Source: an uncultured Bacillales bacterium
GTDB lineage: Bacteria; Bacillota_I; Bacilli_A; RF39; UBA660
DNA: 64,000 bases
Direction of reading: 5' to 3'
NCBI GenBank assembly: GCA_945228905.1
Contig: CALYOH010000001.1
Coordinates: 7,464 to 71,463, forward strand
A program made the translations under genes and the position numbers. Under the pieces are notes generated by a model. That model saw only the letters and a list, made by a program, of their open reading frames with translations, did no database searches and had not been told where the DNA came from. Positions 54,861 through 64,000 of this stretch are shown here, piece by piece. The first letter of the stretch is position 1, and the number at the start of each line of letters is the position of its first letter.

Positions 54861-55559
54861 ATGGATTTAATAAGAGTAAAAAACGTTGAAAAGAAATATA
54901 AAAACGGAGTTACAGCTATCTATGATTTGAACTTAGCAATTGAAAAGGGATCATTTGTATTTATAATTGGTGGTTCAGGAAGTGGAAAATCTACACTAAT
55001 TAAAATGTTATATAGAGAAGAAAAACCAACTAAAGGACAAATAATAGTTGGAGGAAGAGATGTAGCAAAACTACGAGATAGAAAAGTCTACTTAATAAGA
55101 AGAAAAATGGGAATTGTATTTCAAGATTATAGATTATTACCAAAATTAACAGTATATGAAAACGTTGCATTCGCACTAGAATGTATTGGTGAAAAGAAAG
55201 ATGAAGTAAGAAGAAAAGTTTTAAAAGCATTAGAAGATGTTGGATTAAAGAATAAAATACATAATTATCCAGATCAATTATCAGGAGGAGAACAACAAAG
55301 AGTTGCAATTGCAAGAGCAATTGTTAATGACCCAAAATTATTACTTTGTGATGAACCTACTGGTAATCTAGATCCAAAGATGAGTATGGAAATAATGAAA
55401 GTATTAGATGATATTAATAAACAAAGAGGAACAACTATTATTATGGCTACACATGATGAAAAAATAGTTAATAAAATGAAAAAACAAGTTATTGCATTAA
55501 AAGATGGACACTTAGTAAATTTTAAACAGAAAGGAACTTATAACAATGAAGCTATTTAG
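54861..55559 (+). CDS. ftsE: Cell-division ABC ATPase FtsE
   Basis: 'GGSGSGKST', 'LSGGEQQRVAIARA', 'LLCDEPTGNLDP'. Followed by ftsX. Confidence 0.9.
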   Translation: MDLIRVKNVEKKYKNGVTAIYDLNLAIEKGSFVFIIGGSGSGKSTLIKMLYREEKPTKGQIIVGGRDVAKLRDRKVYLIRRKMGIVFQDYRLLPKLTVYENVAFALECIGEKKDEVRRKVLKALEDVGLKNKIHNYPDQLSGGEQQRVAIARAIVNDPKLLLCDEPTGNLDPKMSMEIMKVLDDINKQRGTTIIMATHDEKIVNKMKKQVIALKDGHLVNFKQKGTYNNEAI

Positions 55560-56445
55560 AATGTTAGGTAGAAGTATCAGAGATGCTTTTAAAAGTGTAA
55601 TAAGAAACTTCAGTCTGTCTTTAGCATCAATATCATGTATAACAATAACTTTAATAATTGTTGCCATTGCAATAATCGCAACGTTTAATGTTCAAAACTT
55701 CACTAAAGAAATAGAAAAAGATATGACAATAGTCGTATTCTTAGATGGAGATGCTACAGAAGAAGATGTGGAAAATGTAAGAGATGAATTAGATAAAATA
55801 AGTAATGTAGAAAAATATACATATCAAACAAAACTAGAAGTAAAAGAACAAATGCAAGCAGAATCAGAAGTGTTTAATACAGTACTATCTAATTTTGATG
55901 AGAATGAGTCTCCATTAAAAGATACATTCCAAGTAAAAGTAAAAGAAATAGAAAAAATTAAACCTACAGCTGAGAAAATAGAAAAACTAGATAAGGTTTC
56001 AGTAGTAAGATACGGAGAAGGTATGGTTGATAAAATGATAGCGGCCTTCGATTCAATAAAGAAAGTAACTTACGGAATAGGAGCAGCGTTAGTATTAGTA
56101 ACAATCTTCTTAATAGTTAATACAATTAAATTAACTATATCATCAAGAAAGAAAGAAATAGGAATAATGAGACTTGTAGGAGCAAGTAATTTTACAATAA
56201 AAACTCCATTTATTATAGAAGGTATGATTTTAGGAGCATTTGGATCAATTGTTCCAATTGCAATAACAACATTTGGATATATGGCTTTCTATAGACACTT
56301 TAATGGTTATTTATTCTCAGAATTAATTAAATTAATTCAACCAGAACCATTTATATATCAAGTATCATTAATAGTTTTAGGTATAGGTATTTTAGTAGGT
56401 ATGATAGGTAGTGCAGGAGCAGTAAGGAGATTCTTAAAGATCTAA
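55546..56445 (+). CDS. ftsX: Cell-division permease-like protein FtsX
   Basis: N-terminal TM, extracellular domain, three C-terminal TMs with 'IGIMRLVGASNFTI'. Confidence 0.87.
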   Translation: MKLFRMLGRSIRDAFKSVIRNFSLSLASISCITITLIIVAIAIIATFNVQNFTKEIEKDMTIVVFLDGDATEEDVENVRDELDKISNVEKYTYQTKLEVKEQMQAESEVFNTVLSNFDENESPLKDTFQVKVKEIEKIKPTAEKIEKLDKVSVVRYGEGMVDKMIAAFDSIKKVTYGIGAALVLVTIFLIVNTIKLTISSRKKEIGIMRLVGASNFTIKTPFIIEGMILGAFGSIVPIAITTFGYMAFYRHFNGYLFSELIKLIQPEPFIYQVSLIVLGIGILVGMIGSAGAVRRFLKI

Positions 56446-57572
56446 TGAAGAAGAGATATCTATTACTACTAATATTATTATCAATATTTATAGTACCAAA
56501 TGTACACGCAGTTACACTTCGTGAATATGAAAATCTAGTTACTAAATATACCAATGAATTAAATGATACCAATTATGGAATAAGTCAAAGTAGAGCAGAA
56601 TTAGAAGCTATTCAAAAGAAGATAGCTGAATATTCTAAACAAATAGAAGAAGCACAAAAAGAAATAGAAAAACTAGAAGAAGAAATACAAAAGAGTAATG
56701 AAGAAATAAAAGAAAAGAAAAAAGAATCTAAAAGTTTAATTGAATATTACCAAATCTCTAATGGAGAAAATATTTACTTAGAATATGCTTTTGGTGCAAG
56801 TGATATTACTGATATGATTTATAGACTATCTATTGTAGAACAATTAACAGACTATAATGATAAAGTAATGAAGGAATTAAAAAGATTAATAAAAGAAAAT
56901 CAACAAAAACAAAAAGACTTAGAAGCTAAAAAAGTAGAATTAAATGAATTAACTAAAAAGATGAGAGCAGAAGCTGAAAAAGTAAAAGGTGATATTTCAA
57001 GTATGTCAGCAATGCTTCCTGATATAAAGAACCAATTATCTAATTATCAAAATAGAGTAAATTACTATCGTAGGATAGGATGTCAACCAGATGATGTAAT
57101 TGGTGTAGATTGTGATAAAGGAAATAATGCCTATGGCTTTGTTAAACCATTAACGGGAAGTTATTGGATATCAACTTACTATTATTGGAATGGTTCATCA
57201 GGACATAAAGGAATAGACTATGCCCAAGGATGTGGAAATCCAGTAAGAGCAGTTGCAAATGGAAGAGTATACTATGTAGGTTCTCATAAAGATATTTATG
57301 GAGCAAAAATGATTTTAATGGTTCATAACTATAATGGAAGAAAGATATTTTCACAATATACACACCTTTCAGGTTATGCCGTAAGAGAAGGACAAGACGT
57401 TACTGCAGGACAAGTAATTGGTTATGTAGGAACAACAGGATGGTCAACAGGATGCCACTTACACTTAGAAATGTCAGTAGATGTAGGATGGGATTATGAT
57501 GATCCAGGTAACTATTACAGATCATATGTAGGTCATATAGTTAACCCATTTAATTATGTTCCAAAAGGATAG
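56445..57572 (+). CDS. Secreted coiled-coil + M23 peptidase (PcsB/EnvC-position partner of FtsEX)
   Basis: Signal peptide, ~200-aa coiled coil, M23 motifs 'HKGIDYA' and 'STGCHLHLEM'. TAATG-coupled to ftsX. Confidence 0.8.
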   Translation: MKKRYLLLLILLSIFIVPNVHAVTLREYENLVTKYTNELNDTNYGISQSRAELEAIQKKIAEYSKQIEEAQKEIEKLEEEIQKSNEEIKEKKKESKSLIEYYQISNGENIYLEYAFGASDITDMIYRLSIVEQLTDYNDKVMKELKRLIKENQQKQKDLEAKKVELNELTKKMRAEAEKVKGDISSMSAMLPDIKNQLSNYQNRVNYYRRIGCQPDDVIGVDCDKGNNAYGFVKPLTGSYWISTYYYWNGSSGHKGIDYAQGCGNPVRAVANGRVYYVGSHKDIYGAKMILMVHNYNGRKIFSQYTHLSGYAVREGQDVTAGQVIGYVGTTGWSTGCHLHLEMSVDVGWDYDDPGNYYRSYVGHIVNPFNYVPKG

Positions 57573-57637
57573 AATAAAAGCATTTAAATAAATGCTTTTT
57601 ATATTGAATTATGATAATATATAGTAGAGGAGATAAT

Positions 57638-57997
57638 ATGATAATAAAAATATTATTAATAGCATATTTAGTATCATTATACTTATCACTTCCAGGATTA
57701 TTATCTAAAGCAGGATATAATGGATTAAAAGGATTAATACCATTTTATAATGTTTATTTATTAATAGAAATATTAGAAATAAATCCATTACTATTAATAT
57801 TATTATCTTTAGGATTAATATTTTTACCAATAAGAGGATATTTAGTAACATTAGTATTCATATTTATCCCTTTCTTAATAGCAGATGCATATGATAAGAA
57901 ACCATTTATAGGTTTAATTACATGTATTCTACCATTTATAATGTTCCCATTTATTTCATATTTCTCTGGAACATATAGATATGATATGGAGGACTAA
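57638..57997 (+). CDS. Small polytopic membrane protein (DUF5684-like, unverified)
   Basis: 'GLKGLIPFYNVYLLIEIL' motif recalled from DUF5684. ATG 57638 follows agaggag. Confidence 0.4.
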   Translation: MIIKILLIAYLVSLYLSLPGLLSKAGYNGLKGLIPFYNVYLLIEILEINPLLLILLSLGLIFLPIRGYLVTLVFIFIPFLIADAYDKKPFIGLITCILPFIMFPFISYFSGTYRYDMED

Positions 57998-57998
57998 T

Positions 57999-58880
57999 AT
58001 GAGATTTTTTAAAAGACATAAATTATTAACAATAATATTAGTTCTATTATCTATATTTGTATATATAAATTATACAAGTATGTTAGAAGTAAGTGTTGAT
58101 AGAACAAGTAAATATTATACTAATGATATCTATATATCAGATCAAAGAATATATAATAATTATTTAGATAAATATGAAAAGAAAGCTTATGATGAATTAT
58201 TGGATTCTATTAAAGAAAGAAAAAAACACATAAAAGTAAATTTAAATAATTATGATAATAAAGATTCTAGTATAATAGCTGGATATTTTGATACTGCTAA
58301 TAGAGCAATGATGTTAGATCATCCAGAATTATTACAATATGGTTATATTAGTTATGGATATGGAGAAAATAGAGTAGATATAAGTATTCATTATTCAATA
58401 GATAATCCAGTACTAGAAGAAGTAAATACTTTAAGAATTAGAAAAATAATTAATGATATAAGACTACATACAATTAATATGTCAGATAAAGATAAAATAA
58501 AATATGTATATGAATGGATAGGAGAAAATACTAAATATGATTATACATTTACATATTTAGCAAAGAACCAGTCTATTTATAATGTATTTATAAAAGGAAA
58601 TGCAGTATGTGCAGGATTTGCTAAAGCGTCTCAAGTAGTATTTCAAAATATAGGTATAGAATCCATGACTGTAGAAGGAGAAACAAGTGGTCCACATATG
58701 TGGAATATTATTAAATATAATGGAAAATACTATTTTTATGATTCCACAGTCGCAGCGTGTAGAGAAAAAGGTAAATCAGGATTCTATGATGGATTAAAAC
58801 AAGTAGAAATGAAAGACCATATAATTAGTAATAAGGAATGGTATCCTAAAATAGAAGAAATAAATGCTTTATATGAATAA
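57999..58880 (+). CDS. Membrane-anchored transglutaminase-like cysteine protease-fold protein
   Basis: N-terminal TM. 'GNAVCAGFAKASQVVF...GPHMWNIIKYNGKYYFYDST' (Cys-His-Asp core). Confidence 0.7.
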   Translation: MRFFKRHKLLTIILVLLSIFVYINYTSMLEVSVDRTSKYYTNDIYISDQRIYNNYLDKYEKKAYDELLDSIKERKKHIKVNLNNYDNKDSSIIAGYFDTANRAMMLDHPELLQYGYISYGYGENRVDISIHYSIDNPVLEEVNTLRIRKIINDIRLHTINMSDKDKIKYVYEWIGENTKYDYTFTYLAKNQSIYNVFIKGNAVCAGFAKASQVVFQNIGIESMTVEGETSGPHMWNIIKYNGKYYFYDSTVAACREKGKSGFYDGLKQVEMKDHIISNKEWYPKIEEINALYE

Positions 58881-58919
58881 AGCATTTTTATGTTATAATA
58901 ACCGAGAGGAGGGAATAAT

Positions 58920-60869
58920 ATGTTTAATTTAGTATCTAAATATTCTCCATCAGGAGATCAACCAGAAGCAATAAAAGAATTAGTACAAGGAATAAAAGAT
59001 GGTAAGAAAGAACAAGTACTTTTAGGAGCAACAGGTACAGGTAAAACATTTACTATTGCAAATGTAATAAAAGAAGTAGATAAACCTACTTTAGTACTTG
59101 CACATAATAAAACTTTAGCAGGACAGCTTTATTCTGAATTAAAAGAACTATTTCCGGAGAATAGAGTAGAATACTTTGTGTCTTATTATGATTACTATCA
59201 ACCAGAAGCATATGTTCCTTCAACAGATACATATATTGAAAAAGATTCATCTATTAATGATGAAATAGATGAACTTCGTCATGCCGCAACATCTGCTCTT
59301 ATATCAAGAAGAGATGTAATAGTAGTATCAAGTGTATCTTGTATATATGGTATAGGAGAAGTAGAAGAATATAAAAGTAAAATGTTAACTCTTACTGTAG
59401 GAGAAGAAATAGAAAGAGACCAAGTATTAACAAAATTAGTAGAAATGTTATATGAAAGAAATGATCTAGACTTTAAAAGAGGAACATTTAGAGTAAGAGG
59501 AGATGTATTAGAATTAATACCTGCTTATCAAAATCAAACTGGATATAGAATAGAATTCTTTGGAGATGAAATAGATAGAATATCTGAAATAGACGCTCTT
59601 ACAGGTAAAGTAACAAATAACTTTAAAAATATATCTATCTTTCCAGCAAGTCACTTCGTAGTAAGTGATGATAAATTAAAAGCAGCTATTGAAAGAATAA
59701 AAATAGAATTAAAAGATAGATTAAAAGAACTAAAAGATAATAATAAATTATTAGCGGCAGAACGTCTAGAACAAAGAACTAATTACGATATAGAAATGTT
59801 AGAAGAAACAGGATTCTGTTCTGGAATAGAAAATTATTCAGCTCCAATGGCAGGAAGAGCTCCAGGAGAAACACCAACTACATTAATGGACTTCTTCCCA
59901 GATGATTATTTATTAGTAGTAGATGAATCACATGTTACTCTTCCACAAGTAAGAGGAATGTATAATGGAGATAGAGCAAGAAAACTAAATCTAGTAGAAT
60001 ATGGATTTAGACTTCCAAGTGCTCTAGATAATAGACCATTAAAATATGATGAATTTGAATCGAAAATAAATCAAGCAATCTATGTATCAGCAACTCCAGG
60101 AGATTATGAATTAGAACATACTAATAATACATATGTAGAACAAATAATAAGACCAACAGGTCTATTAGATCCAACAATAGAAGTAAGAAAAACAGAAGGA
60201 CAAATAGATGACTTAGTTGGAGAAATAAATGAAAGAATTAATAATAATGAAAGAGTCTTAATAACAACACTAACTATTAGAATGGCAGAAGAGTTAACTA
60301 ATTATCTAAAAGAATTAGATATTAAAGTAGCATATCTACATAGTGAAGTAAAAACTCTAGAAAGAATGCAGATAATACATGATATACGTACAGGTAAATA
60401 TGATGTATTAGTAGGAATAAATCTATTAAGAGAAGGATTAGATATACCAGAAGTAAGTTTAATTGCTATATTAGATGCAGATAAAGAAGGATTCTTAAGA
60501 AGTGAAAGAAGTTTAATTCAAACAATTGGTAGATGTGCAAGAAATGCAAATGGACATGTAATAATGTATGGAGACTCTATTACAGATTCAATGTCCAAAG
60601 CAATAGAAGAAACTAATAGAAGAAGACAAATCCAAACTAAATATAATGAAGAACATGGTATAGTACCAAAAACAATTATTAAAGAAATTAGAGATGTTAT
60701 TTCAAACAATGCAATAGTAGAAGATAAGAAAGAAAAAAAGATGTCTAAGAAAGAAATAATCAAGAATATAGAAACACTAGAATCTGAAATGAGAGAAGCA
60801 GCAAGAAACTTAGATTTCGAAAGAGCTATGGAATTAAGAGATATCTTATTTGAATTAAAATCAGAATAA
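58920..60869 (+). CDS. uvrB: Excinuclease ABC subunit B
   Basis: '[10 protein letters not shown]', '[10 protein letters not shown]', 'DESHVT', C-terminal UVR domain '[15 protein letters not shown]'. Confidence 0.97.
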   Translation: MFNLVSKYSPSGDQPEAIKELVQGIKDGKKEQVLLGATGTGKTFTIANVIKEVDKPTLVLAHNKTLAGQLYSELKELFPENRVEYFVSYYDYYQPEAYVPSTDTYIEKDSSINDEIDELRHAATSALISRRDVIVVSSVSCIYGIGEVEEYKSKMLTLTVGEEIERDQVLTKLVEMLYERNDLDFKRGTFRVRGDVLELIPAYQNQTGYRIEFFGDEIDRISEIDALTGKVTNNFKNISIFPASHFVVSDDKLKAAIERIKIELKDRLKELKDNNKLLAAERLEQRTNYDIEMLEETGFCSGIENYSAPMAGRAPGETPTTLMDFFPDDYLLVVDESHVTLPQVRGMYNGDRARKLNLVEYGFRLPSALDNRPLKYDEFESKINQAIYVSATPGDYELEHTNNTYVEQIIRPTGLLDPTIEVRKTEGQIDDLVGEINERINNNERVLITTLTIRMAEELTNYLKELDIKVAYLHSEVKTLERMQIIHDIRTGKYDVLVGINLLREGLDIPEVSLIAILDADKEGFLRSERSLIQTIGRCARNANGHVIMYGDSITDSMSKAIEETNRRRQIQTKYNEEHGIVPKTIIKEIRDVISNNAIVEDKKEKKMSKKEIIKNIETLESEMREAARNLDFERAMELRDILFELKSE

Positions 60870-61702
60870 TGAAAAAGTATAGAAAAATATACATAGAAAT
60901 AACAAATAATTGTAATTTAAATTGTTCTTTTTGTAGTAAAGTAACAAAAAAAAGAAGATATTTGTCTTTAGATGAATATAAAGAAATACTAGATAAGATT
61001 AAAGACTATACTGATTATATTTATCTACATGTTAAAGGAGAGCCATTATTACATCCAGATATTATAAAATTTATTAATCTAGCAAATACCTATAATTTAA
61101 AAGTAAATTTAACAACAAATGGAACTTTATTTAATAAATATAGTAAAGAATTGGGATTATGTACTAATCTAAATAAAATAAACTTTTCACTTCATTGTGA
61201 AAATAATAAAGAAAACTTTTTAGAAGATATATTTGATAATATTAAAGATTTAAATATAAAGACAACTGTTATTTATAGATTATGGACTCTAAGCAATAAT
61301 GAGTTGGATGAAAAATCCACAAAAATAGTGGATAAAATAAAAGAATATTATAATTTATCCCCAGAAGTAGTGGATAAAATTAAAAATGAAAATAATATTA
61401 AAATAAATCCACAAATTTATGTGGATAAAGATAATGAATTTGAATGGCCTACTGTTAATAACTATAATAGTAATGGTTACTGTTATGCATTAAAAACACA
61501 GATTGCAATATTAGTAGATGGAACAGTAGTACCTTGTTGTCTAGATTCAAATGGAATAATAGATTTAGGTAATATTTATAATCAAGATTTAGAAGAAATA
61601 ATAAATTCAGATAGATGTAAAAAATTAAAAGAATCATTTCAAGATAGAAAGCCATGTGAAAAATTATGTAAATCATGTACCTTTAAAGAAAGATTGAACT
61701 AA
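60869..61702 (+). CDS. Radical SAM enzyme with a Cys-rich SPASM/twitch-like C-terminus
   Basis: 'CNLNCSFC' (CxxxCxxC) at residues 15-22. C-terminal 'VPCCLDSNG...CEKLCKSC'. Its ATG overlaps the uvrB TAA (TAATG). Confidence 0.8.
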   Translation: MKKYRKIYIEITNNCNLNCSFCSKVTKKRRYLSLDEYKEILDKIKDYTDYIYLHVKGEPLLHPDIIKFINLANTYNLKVNLTTNGTLFNKYSKELGLCTNLNKINFSLHCENNKENFLEDIFDNIKDLNIKTTVIYRLWTLSNNELDEKSTKIVDKIKEYYNLSPEVVDKIKNENNIKINPQIYVDKDNEFEWPTVNNYNSNGYCYALKTQIAILVDGTVVPCCLDSNGIIDLGNIYNQDLEEIINSDRCKKLKESFQDRKPCEKLCKSCTFKERLN

Positions 61703-61746
61703 TTAATAAAATATGTTATTCTTATATTGAGGGTAAGGTGATATTT

Positions 61747-62001
61747 ATGGCGGAAGCATATGACTTTGTAGGTATGGGACAAAAATATGCCGAAGATTTT
61801 TATAAAGATAGTAGTAAATTTGCAGATAGATTAGAAAAAGACTTTGGAGAAATAGCAAAAATTAAGTTTCAATATGGAATGTCTAAAAGAATGGCAGAAG
61901 TTGCGAACAGTGTATTTGAAGAGTCAATGAAAGAAGCAAGTACAGTAACAAAGAAAACTCCAAAGAAACAAACAAGTACAAGAAAAAGAGTAAGTAAATA
62001 A
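61747..62001 (+). CDS. Hypothetical 84-aa protein with a Lys/Thr-rich tail
   Basis: RBS gagggtaaggtg. No Cys. No family recognised. Confidence 0.4.
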   Translation: MAEAYDFVGMGQKYAEDFYKDSSKFADRLEKDFGEIAKIKFQYGMSKRMAEVANSVFEESMKEASTVTKKTPKKQTSTRKRVSK

Positions 62002-62050
62002 CTTATTCTTTTTTTATATATTTATGATATAATATGACGTAGGTGATTTT

Positions 62051-64000
62051 ATGGACAAAATAATAGTTAAAGGAGCAAGAGAAAATAATCTACGTAATGT
62101 AGATATAGAACTACCAAAGAATAAACTCATTGTAATGACAGGTTTATCGGGATCAGGTAAAAGTTCTCTAGCATTTGATACAATTTATGCGGAAGGTCAA
62201 AGAAGATATGTAGAAAGTCTGTCAGCTTATGCCAGACAATTTTTAGGTGGAACAGAAAAACCAGATGTAGATTCAATAGAAGGTTTATCTCCAGCTATAT
62301 CTATAGATCAAAAAACTACAAATAATAATCCAAGATCAACAGTTGGTACTGTAACTGAAATATATGATTACTTAAGATTAGTATTTGCTCGTGTAGGAGT
62401 TCCTTATTGTCCTAATCACAATATACCAATAACTTCTCAAAGTGTAGAAGAAATGACTAATAAAGTACTTGAGTATCCTGAAGGAACTAAAATAGTTATA
62501 ATGTCACCAGTAGTTCATGGTGAAAAAGGTACACATAAAGACTTATTAGATAATTTAAGAAAAGAAGGATATGTAAGAGTAAGAGTAAATGGAGAAATGC
62601 ATGATTTAGACCAAGAAATTACTCTAGATAAAAATAAAAAAGATAATATAGAAGTAGTAATAGATAGATTAATAGTAAGATTAGAATCTAGAAGTAGAAT
62701 ATTTGAAGCTTTAGAAACAGCAACAAAATTATCAAAAGGAAAAGTAGTAATAGAAATATTAGGAGAAAATCATAAAGAATTAGTATTCTCAGAATCATTT
62801 GCTTGTCCATATTGTGAATTCTCACTTCCAGAATTAGAACCAAGACTATTTTCATTTAATGCCCCATATGGAGCATGTCCAGTATGTAATGGTTTAGGAA
62901 TGAAACAACAAATAGATGTAAATTTACTTATACCAGATGAAACTAAATCATTAAGAGATGGATGTATAAAAACATTAACAGATGATCCAGAAGCAATAGA
63001 ATTTATGGAATTAGAATGTTTATGTGATCACTATAAAATAGATATGTCTAAACCATGGAAAAAGCTTTCTAAGAAAGATCAAGAAATAATACTTTATGGA
63101 AGCACTGAACCAATAAGAATAAAATATTCAACAAGAGGTGGAATAAAAAGAGATAAAATGGACTTCTATGAAGGAATAGTAAATAGACTAGAAAGAAGAC
63201 ATATGGATACAAGCTCTAATTGGATTAGAGAATGGCTCGATAATTACATGGTAGAACATACATGTGATGCATGCCATGGAGCAAGATTAAATGATGATGT
63301 TTTAGCGGTAAAGTTAGGTGGAAAGAATATCTTTGAAGTAACACAAATGTCTATTAAAGAATTAATGCCCTTCTTTACAAATTTAAAATTATCAGAAGAA
63401 AAAGAAGAAATCGCGAGATTAGTAATAAAAGAAATACTAGATAGGTTATCGTTCTTATCAAATGTTGGATTAGAGTATCTGACACTAAGTAGAAATGCAG
63501 GAACGCTATCGGGTGGAGAAGCACAACGTATTAGACTAGCAACACAAATAGGTTCTCATTTAACAGGAGTATTATATGTATTAGATGAACCATCTATTGG
63601 TCTACATCAAAGAGACAATGAGAGATTAATAAACTCATTAAAAGAAATGAGAGATTTAGGTAATACTTTAATAGTAGTAGAACATGATACAGATACAATG
63701 CTTGCAAGTGACTACTTAGTAGATATTGGTCCAGGCGCAGGAGATTCAGGTGGAAAAGTAATAGCAGCTGGTACTCCAGAAGAAGTAATGAAATGTGAAG
63801 ATAGTATTACTGGACAATATCTAAGTGGAAAGAAAAAAATAAATGTACCAGAAAAAAGAAGAAAAGGTAATAAAAAATACCTAAAGATTAAAGGTGCTAA
63901 AGAAAATAACTTAAAGAATATAGATGTAGATATACCTTTAGGAACATTTACATGTGTAACAGGAGTATCTGGATCAGGTAAATCATCACTAGTAAATGAA
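62051..64000 (+). CDS. uvrA: Excinuclease ABC subunit A (3' end beyond the window)
   Basis: 'MDKIIVKGARENNLRNVDIELPKNKLIVMTGLSGSGKSSLAFDTIYAEGQRRY'. Open to the window end, so absent from the ORF track. Confidence 0.95.
   Translation, partial: MDKIIVKGARENNLRNVDIELPKNKLIVMTGLSGSGKSSLAFDTIYAEGQRRYVESLSAYARQFLGGTEKPDVDSIEGLSPAISIDQKTTNNNPRSTVGTVTEIYDYLRLVFARVGVPYCPNHNIPITSQSVEEMTNKVLEYPEGTKIVIMSPVVHGEKGTHKDLLDNLRKEGYVRVRVNGEMHDLDQEITLDKNKKDNIEVVIDRLIVRLESRSRIFEALETATKLSKGKVVIEILGENHKELVFSESFACPYCEFSLPELEPRLFSFNAPYGACPVCNGLGMKQQIDVNLLIPDETKSLRDGCIKTLTDDPEAIEFMELECLCDHYKIDMSKPWKKLSKKDQEIILYGSTEPIRIKYSTRGGIKRDKMDFYEGIVNRLERRHMDTSSNWIREWLDNYMVEHTCDACHGARLNDDVLAVKLGGKNIFEVTQMSIKELMPFFTNLKLSEEKEEIARLVIKEILDRLSFLSNVGLEYLTLSRNAGTLSGGEAQRIRLATQIGSHLTGVLYVLDEPSIGLHQRDNERLINSLKEMRDLGNTLIVVEHDTDTMLASDYLVDIGPGAGDSGGKVIAAGTPEEVMKCEDSITGQYLSGKKKINVPEKRRKGNKKYLKIKGAKENNLKNIDVDIPLGTFTCVTGVSGSGKSSLVNE

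Noticed and set aside
500-61676. Antisense or alternate-frame ORFs in the supplied track. Examples: 500..790(-), 1811..2161(-), 2708..2980(-), 3803..4051(+), 7799..8077(-), 16003..16224(-), 23725..24048(-), 24421..24687(-), 28582..28788(-), 44788..45039(-), 46328..46797(-), 48169..48507(-), 55030..55320(-), 60518..60763(-), 61455..61676(-).
   Set aside because: Each lies entirely within or opposite a well-supported conserved CDS. Their composition is low-complexity, Leu/Ile/Phe/Ser-rich, and they lack an RBS. These are typical shadow ORFs of AT-rich genomes.
1-64000. Mollicutes-type genetic code (TGA = Trp), suggested by the very low GC content
   Set aside because: An RF2 gene with the UGA-dependent frameshift site is present. 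Several well-delimited genes end in TGA followed by terminators or RBSs. No conserved protein appears truncated at TGA.

Overview
This is a 64-kb, very AT-rich chromosomal segment from a low-GC Bacillota genome. Its gene order is typical of the origin-proximal region: parA-parB, ychF, rpsF-ssb-rpsR, a DHH phosphoesterase, rplI-dnaB. An RNA polymerase delta subunit (rpoE), NfnAB-like oxidoreductases and a long-type phosphofructokinase suggest an anaerobic Bacilli/Erysipelotrichia-like lineage; this is inference only. I count about 70 CDSs, and all but four or five are on the + strand. The genetic code is standard: TGA is used as a stop, and prfB carries the classic CTT-TGA-C +1 frameshift. I saw no rRNA, tRNA, CRISPR array, transposase or integrase. 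Most of the window is housekeeping: translation factors, secA, murA, mreB, argS, uvrB/uvrA, and ftsEX with an M23 peptidase.

The stand-out region is 32.1-39.5 kb, between secA and pfk. It holds a co-oriented array of small self-contained gene units: an orphan 373-aa protein, an ABC exporter, a small membrane-anchored protein, a TetR plus methyltransferase pair, an HD-domain protein, and a truncated gene remnant. Every unit is closed by a tandem TTAGATAC-N3/4-TTAGATAC motif (7 pairs, plus inverted and degenerate copies). The array also contains two extra copies of the last 13 codons of secA (the SEC-C zinc motif), which differ from the real gene only at synonymous sites. This looks like serial site-specific insertion at the secA 3' end by an unseen recombination system.

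Other accessory features:
- An orphan WXG100 pair with a 713-aa triple-repeat membrane protein and no T7SS core genes in the window.
- A soluble orphan VirD4/TraG-like ATPase next to an AraC regulator.
- A radical SAM/SPASM gene translationally coupled to uvrB, sitting between uvrB and uvrA.
- Several decayed gene remnants.
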